Assembly: GCA_030390025.1 (NCBI GenBank)
Contig: CM059431.1
Coordinates: forward strand, 125,552,001 to 125,616,000
Direction of reading: 5' to 3'
DNA from: Squalus acanthias
Lineage: Eukaryota
DNA: 64,000 nucleotides
Position 1 is the stretch's first letter; each line of letters opens with the position of its first letter. A program made the position numbers and the translations under genes. The notes under the pieces were generated by a model, which was given only the letters and a program-made list of their open reading frames with translations, searched no databases and was not told the DNA's origin. Shown here one piece after another: positions 60,787 through 64,000 of this stretch.

Positions 60787-63700
60787 TTAGAAGCGGTGTA
60801 TTATCAGGCGTTCACGGACGGCCTTTGCAGAGGCAACATTGTGCACCTCCCTCCCACATTGTTGCTGCTCATCCTCCTCTTCATCCTCCGCCGCCTCCTC
60901 CTCCTCCTCCTCCTCCTCCTCTCCCTCTCCCTCCTCTTGAAGTGGTGCACCAATCCCTGGTGGCAATGGCTGGGTCCTCATGATTGCAAGGTTGTGAAGC
61001 ATGCAGCACACAACTATGAAAAGCGAGACTCACTTGGGAGAGTACTGCAGGGCTCCTCCAGAGTGCTCAAGACACCGGAACCATTGTTTCAAGACGCCGA
61101 TCGTCTGTTCAATGAGGTTCCTGGTGGCGCTATGGCTCTCATTGAATTGGAGCTCATCAGGAGTGTTGGGGTTACGGAGCGGTGTCATCAGCCAGGTGCA
61201 GAGTGGATAACCCTTGTCCCCTAGGAACCATCCACTAGGTTGACGCAGTGGTTGGAAGAGGTCTGGGACACCAGTCTGGCGCAGGATAAAGGCATCATGG
61301 CTGCTGCCAGGATAGCGGGAATTGACAGTGAAGATGCGCTGTCTGTGGTCACACATCAACTGGATGTTCAGACAGTGGAAGCCCTTGCAGTTTCGGAACA
61401 CCTCTGCATTCTCATGAGGTGCCCACAATGCCACATGCGTGCAGTCAATGACGCCCTGAACCATGGGGATCATCCCGCAGCATGCTACCCGCCACCATCT
61501 CAGCACAACCCCAGCCCGGCATGAGGTTGAAAAGGCCATACGACAACTGAAGAACAACAAGGCCTCAGGAACAGATGGAATCCCCGCCGAGGCACAAAAG
61601 CATGGCGGAGAAGCACTACTGGCGCGAATTCATGAACTCATTTCTCTTATATGGAAGGAGGAGAGCATACCAGGGGATCTCAGAGATGCCGTAATTGTGA
61701 CCATCTTCAAGAAAGGTGACAAGTCCGATTGCGGTAATTACAGAGGAGTTTCCCTGCTGTCTGCCACAGGGAAAGTCATCGCAAGTATCCTCCTCAATCG
61801 CCTTCTCCCAGTAGCCGAAGAGCTCCTCCCAGAGTCGCAATGCGGATTCTGCCCACTAAGGGGCACAATTGACATGATCTTCACCGCACATCAATTACAA
61901 GAGAAATGCAGGGAACAGCACCAACCACTGTACATGGCCTTCTTTGATCTCATAAAGGCCTTCGACAATCTCAACCATGAGGGATTATGGAGTGTCCTCC
62001 GCAAATTCGGCTGCCCTCAAAAGTTTGTCACCATCCTCCGCCAGCTTCACGAGGACATGCAAGCCGTGATCCTGACCAACGGTTCCACCACAGACCTAAT
62101 TCACGTACGAACTGGAGTCAAGCGAGGCTGTGTCATCGCACCAACGCTCTTCTCGATCTTCCTTGCTGCAATGCTCCATCTCACCCTCAGTAAGCTGCCC
62201 GCTGGAGTGGAGATAATTTACAGAACAAACGGGAAACTGTTCAACCTCCGTCGCCTCCAGACCAGATCCAAGGTCGTCCCATCCTCTGTCGTCGAATTAC
62301 AGTATGCAGACAACGCTTGCGTCTGCGCTCACTCGGAGGTCGAACTCTAAACCATCGTCAACACCTTCACCGAAGCATACGAGAGCATGGGCCTTATACT
62401 AAACATCCGTTATACAAAGGTCCTCTCCCAACCTGCCCCCGCCACTCAGTACTGCCCCCCGATTATCAAAATCCACGACAAGGCCTTGGACAACGTGGAC
62501 CACTTTCCATACCTCGGGAGCCTACTGTCAACAAGGGCGGACGTCGACGACGAAGTCCAACACCGTCTTCAGTGTGCCAGTGCAGCCTTCGGTCGCCTGA
62601 GGAAGAGAGTGTTTGAAGACCAGGACCTCAAACCCGGCACCAAGCTCATGGTCTACAGAGCAGTAGTGATTCCCGCCCTGCTGTATGCCTCAGAGACATG
62701 GACCATGTACAGCAGGCACCTCAAAGCACTGGAGAGGTACCACCAATGCTGCCTCCGCAAGATCCTGCAAATCCATTGGCAGGATAGGCGCACCAACATT
62801 AGTGTTCTCGCTCAGGCCAACATCCCCAGCATCGAAGCTTTGACCACGCTCGATCAGCTCCAATGGACGGGTCACATTGTCCGCATGCCCGATACGAGAC
62901 TCCCAAAACAAGCGCTCTACTCGGAGCTCCGGCACGGCAAGAGAGCCCCAGGTGGGCAGAGGAAACGCTTCAAGGACACCCTCAAAGCCTCCTTGAAAAA
63001 GTGTAACAGCCCCACTGACACCTGGGAATCCCTGGCCCAAGACCGCACAAAGTGGAGGAGAAGCATCCGGGAAGGCGCCGAACACCTCGAGTCTCTTCGC
63101 CAGGAGCAAGCGGAAGCCAAGCGCAGGCAGCGCAAGGAGCGCACGACAACCCAAGCACTCCCACTCGCCTGCTCCTTCAACCACCGTCTGCCCCACCTGT
63201 GACAGAGACTGTAGGTCCCGCTTTGGACTCATCAGTCACCTGCGAACTCATTTTTAATGTGGAAGCAAGTCATCCTCGGTTCCGAGGGACTGCCTAAGAA
63301 GGAAGCATGGGGAAGCCCGCTATCCTAGCAAAGCCACATGTGCCTTCACACTGTTTGTCCCGGGTCATGGGGAAAGATATGTAGTGCCTTCTCTTTTTGT
63401 ACAGAGCATTTGTCACCTCCCGGATGCAGCAATGGACAGCGAACTGGGATATATTCATTATATCCCCAGTTGAAGCCTGGAAGGAACCACTGGCATTGAA
63501 ATTCAGAGCCACCGTTAACTTCACTGCCACCGACAGAGATGTCCTGGTCCTGAGCTGAGGCTACAGATCTGGTTGCAGGAGGTGGCAGAGCTCAGTGACC
63601 ACCTCCTTGCTGAAGCGCAGCCTTATGAAACACTACTCCTCAGACAAATGAATGTAGGAGAATTGCTCCTGGAATACCCTGGGAGGGTAAGGTCTCCTGT

Positions 63701-63815
63701 GCAGAGCCCTGTTGGCCCTCCTCCCTCTGGCCACGTTTGTCACTCTATCTCTGCGCCTCTGCTGCTTCCGAAGGTGAAGCTGAGGGATGATGCCCCGAGT
63801 TAATACAGCCTCCAT
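60787..63815 (-). pseudogene. Harbinger DDE transposase (HARBI1-like family), split by an RTE insertion
   Basis: GFP|MVQGVIDCTHV, YPGSSHDAF, LGDKGY, IEQTIGVLKQWFRCL, CCMLHNL; in-frame stop at ~61030 and frameshifts. Confidence 0.88.
61470..63305 (+). mobile_element. 5'-truncated RTE-clade LINE, 8-bp TSD CATGGGGA
   Basis: RT motifs (NYRGVSLL, GVKRGC, YADN), one stop at 62348-62350, C-terminal Cys/His finger, AAG-type tail; TSD at 61462-61469 and 63306-63313. Confidence 0.93.
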
Positions 63816-64000
63816 AAAATCTTCTAAATGTGCTAAATATGAAGCTCAGATAAATAGGAACCTCAAAAGTGGTGCTGAGGACCAAAACTCCTTAGGACAG
63901 CGTTAAATCTCTCCAGACGTCTCTCTCCCTCTCAACCTGCGTATACCAAAATTTTGCCGACAAGAAAAAGCAGGACGCGCCTGCCTTTAAATAGCGCTCC

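Larger units (their letters stand above)
57664..64000. mobile_element. PIF/Harbinger element E (Myb gene +, transposase -, convergent), extends beyond the window end
   Basis: TIR GGGTGAAAAATTGGG; both genes recognisable; carries CR1 and RTE insertions. Confidence 0.85.

Noticed and set aside
60787..63815. Domesticated host HARBI1 gene
   Set aside because: Stops, frameshifts, an RTE insertion, multiple paralogous remnants and a TIR indicate a dead transposon

Overview
Repeat-dense vertebrate genomic DNA, very probably from a shark or ray (HE1-type V-SINE, Deu-domain SINEs, CR1 tails). I recognised no host protein-coding exon. The main item is at 1-4149 (- strand): the 5' part of an apparently intact, retrovirus-like provirus. 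It has a 1.72-kb LTR, an exact tRNA-Arg(TCG) primer-binding site overlapping the first gag ATG, and a 603-aa Gag with a coiled coil, an overlapping PSAP/PPSY late domain and a CCHC knuckle. A single in-frame UGA-CUAG stop separates gag from an open protease/pol frame that runs off the window and is missing from the ORF track. Two related solo LTRs (25764-27783, 49743-51383) and an unrelated solo LTR (12392-13365) are also present. The rest comprises CR1, L2 and RTE LINEs; a compact single-ORF LINE with a tRNA-derived 5' head and its bipartite derivative; several PIF/Harbinger elements (transposase plus intron-containing Myb/SANT gene) and MITEs, two of which carry copies of neighbouring DNA; and Penelope-type palindromes with minimal hammerhead cores. 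Nesting reaches four layers. Family names come from motif recognition, not database searches, and boundaries of degraded elements are approximate.
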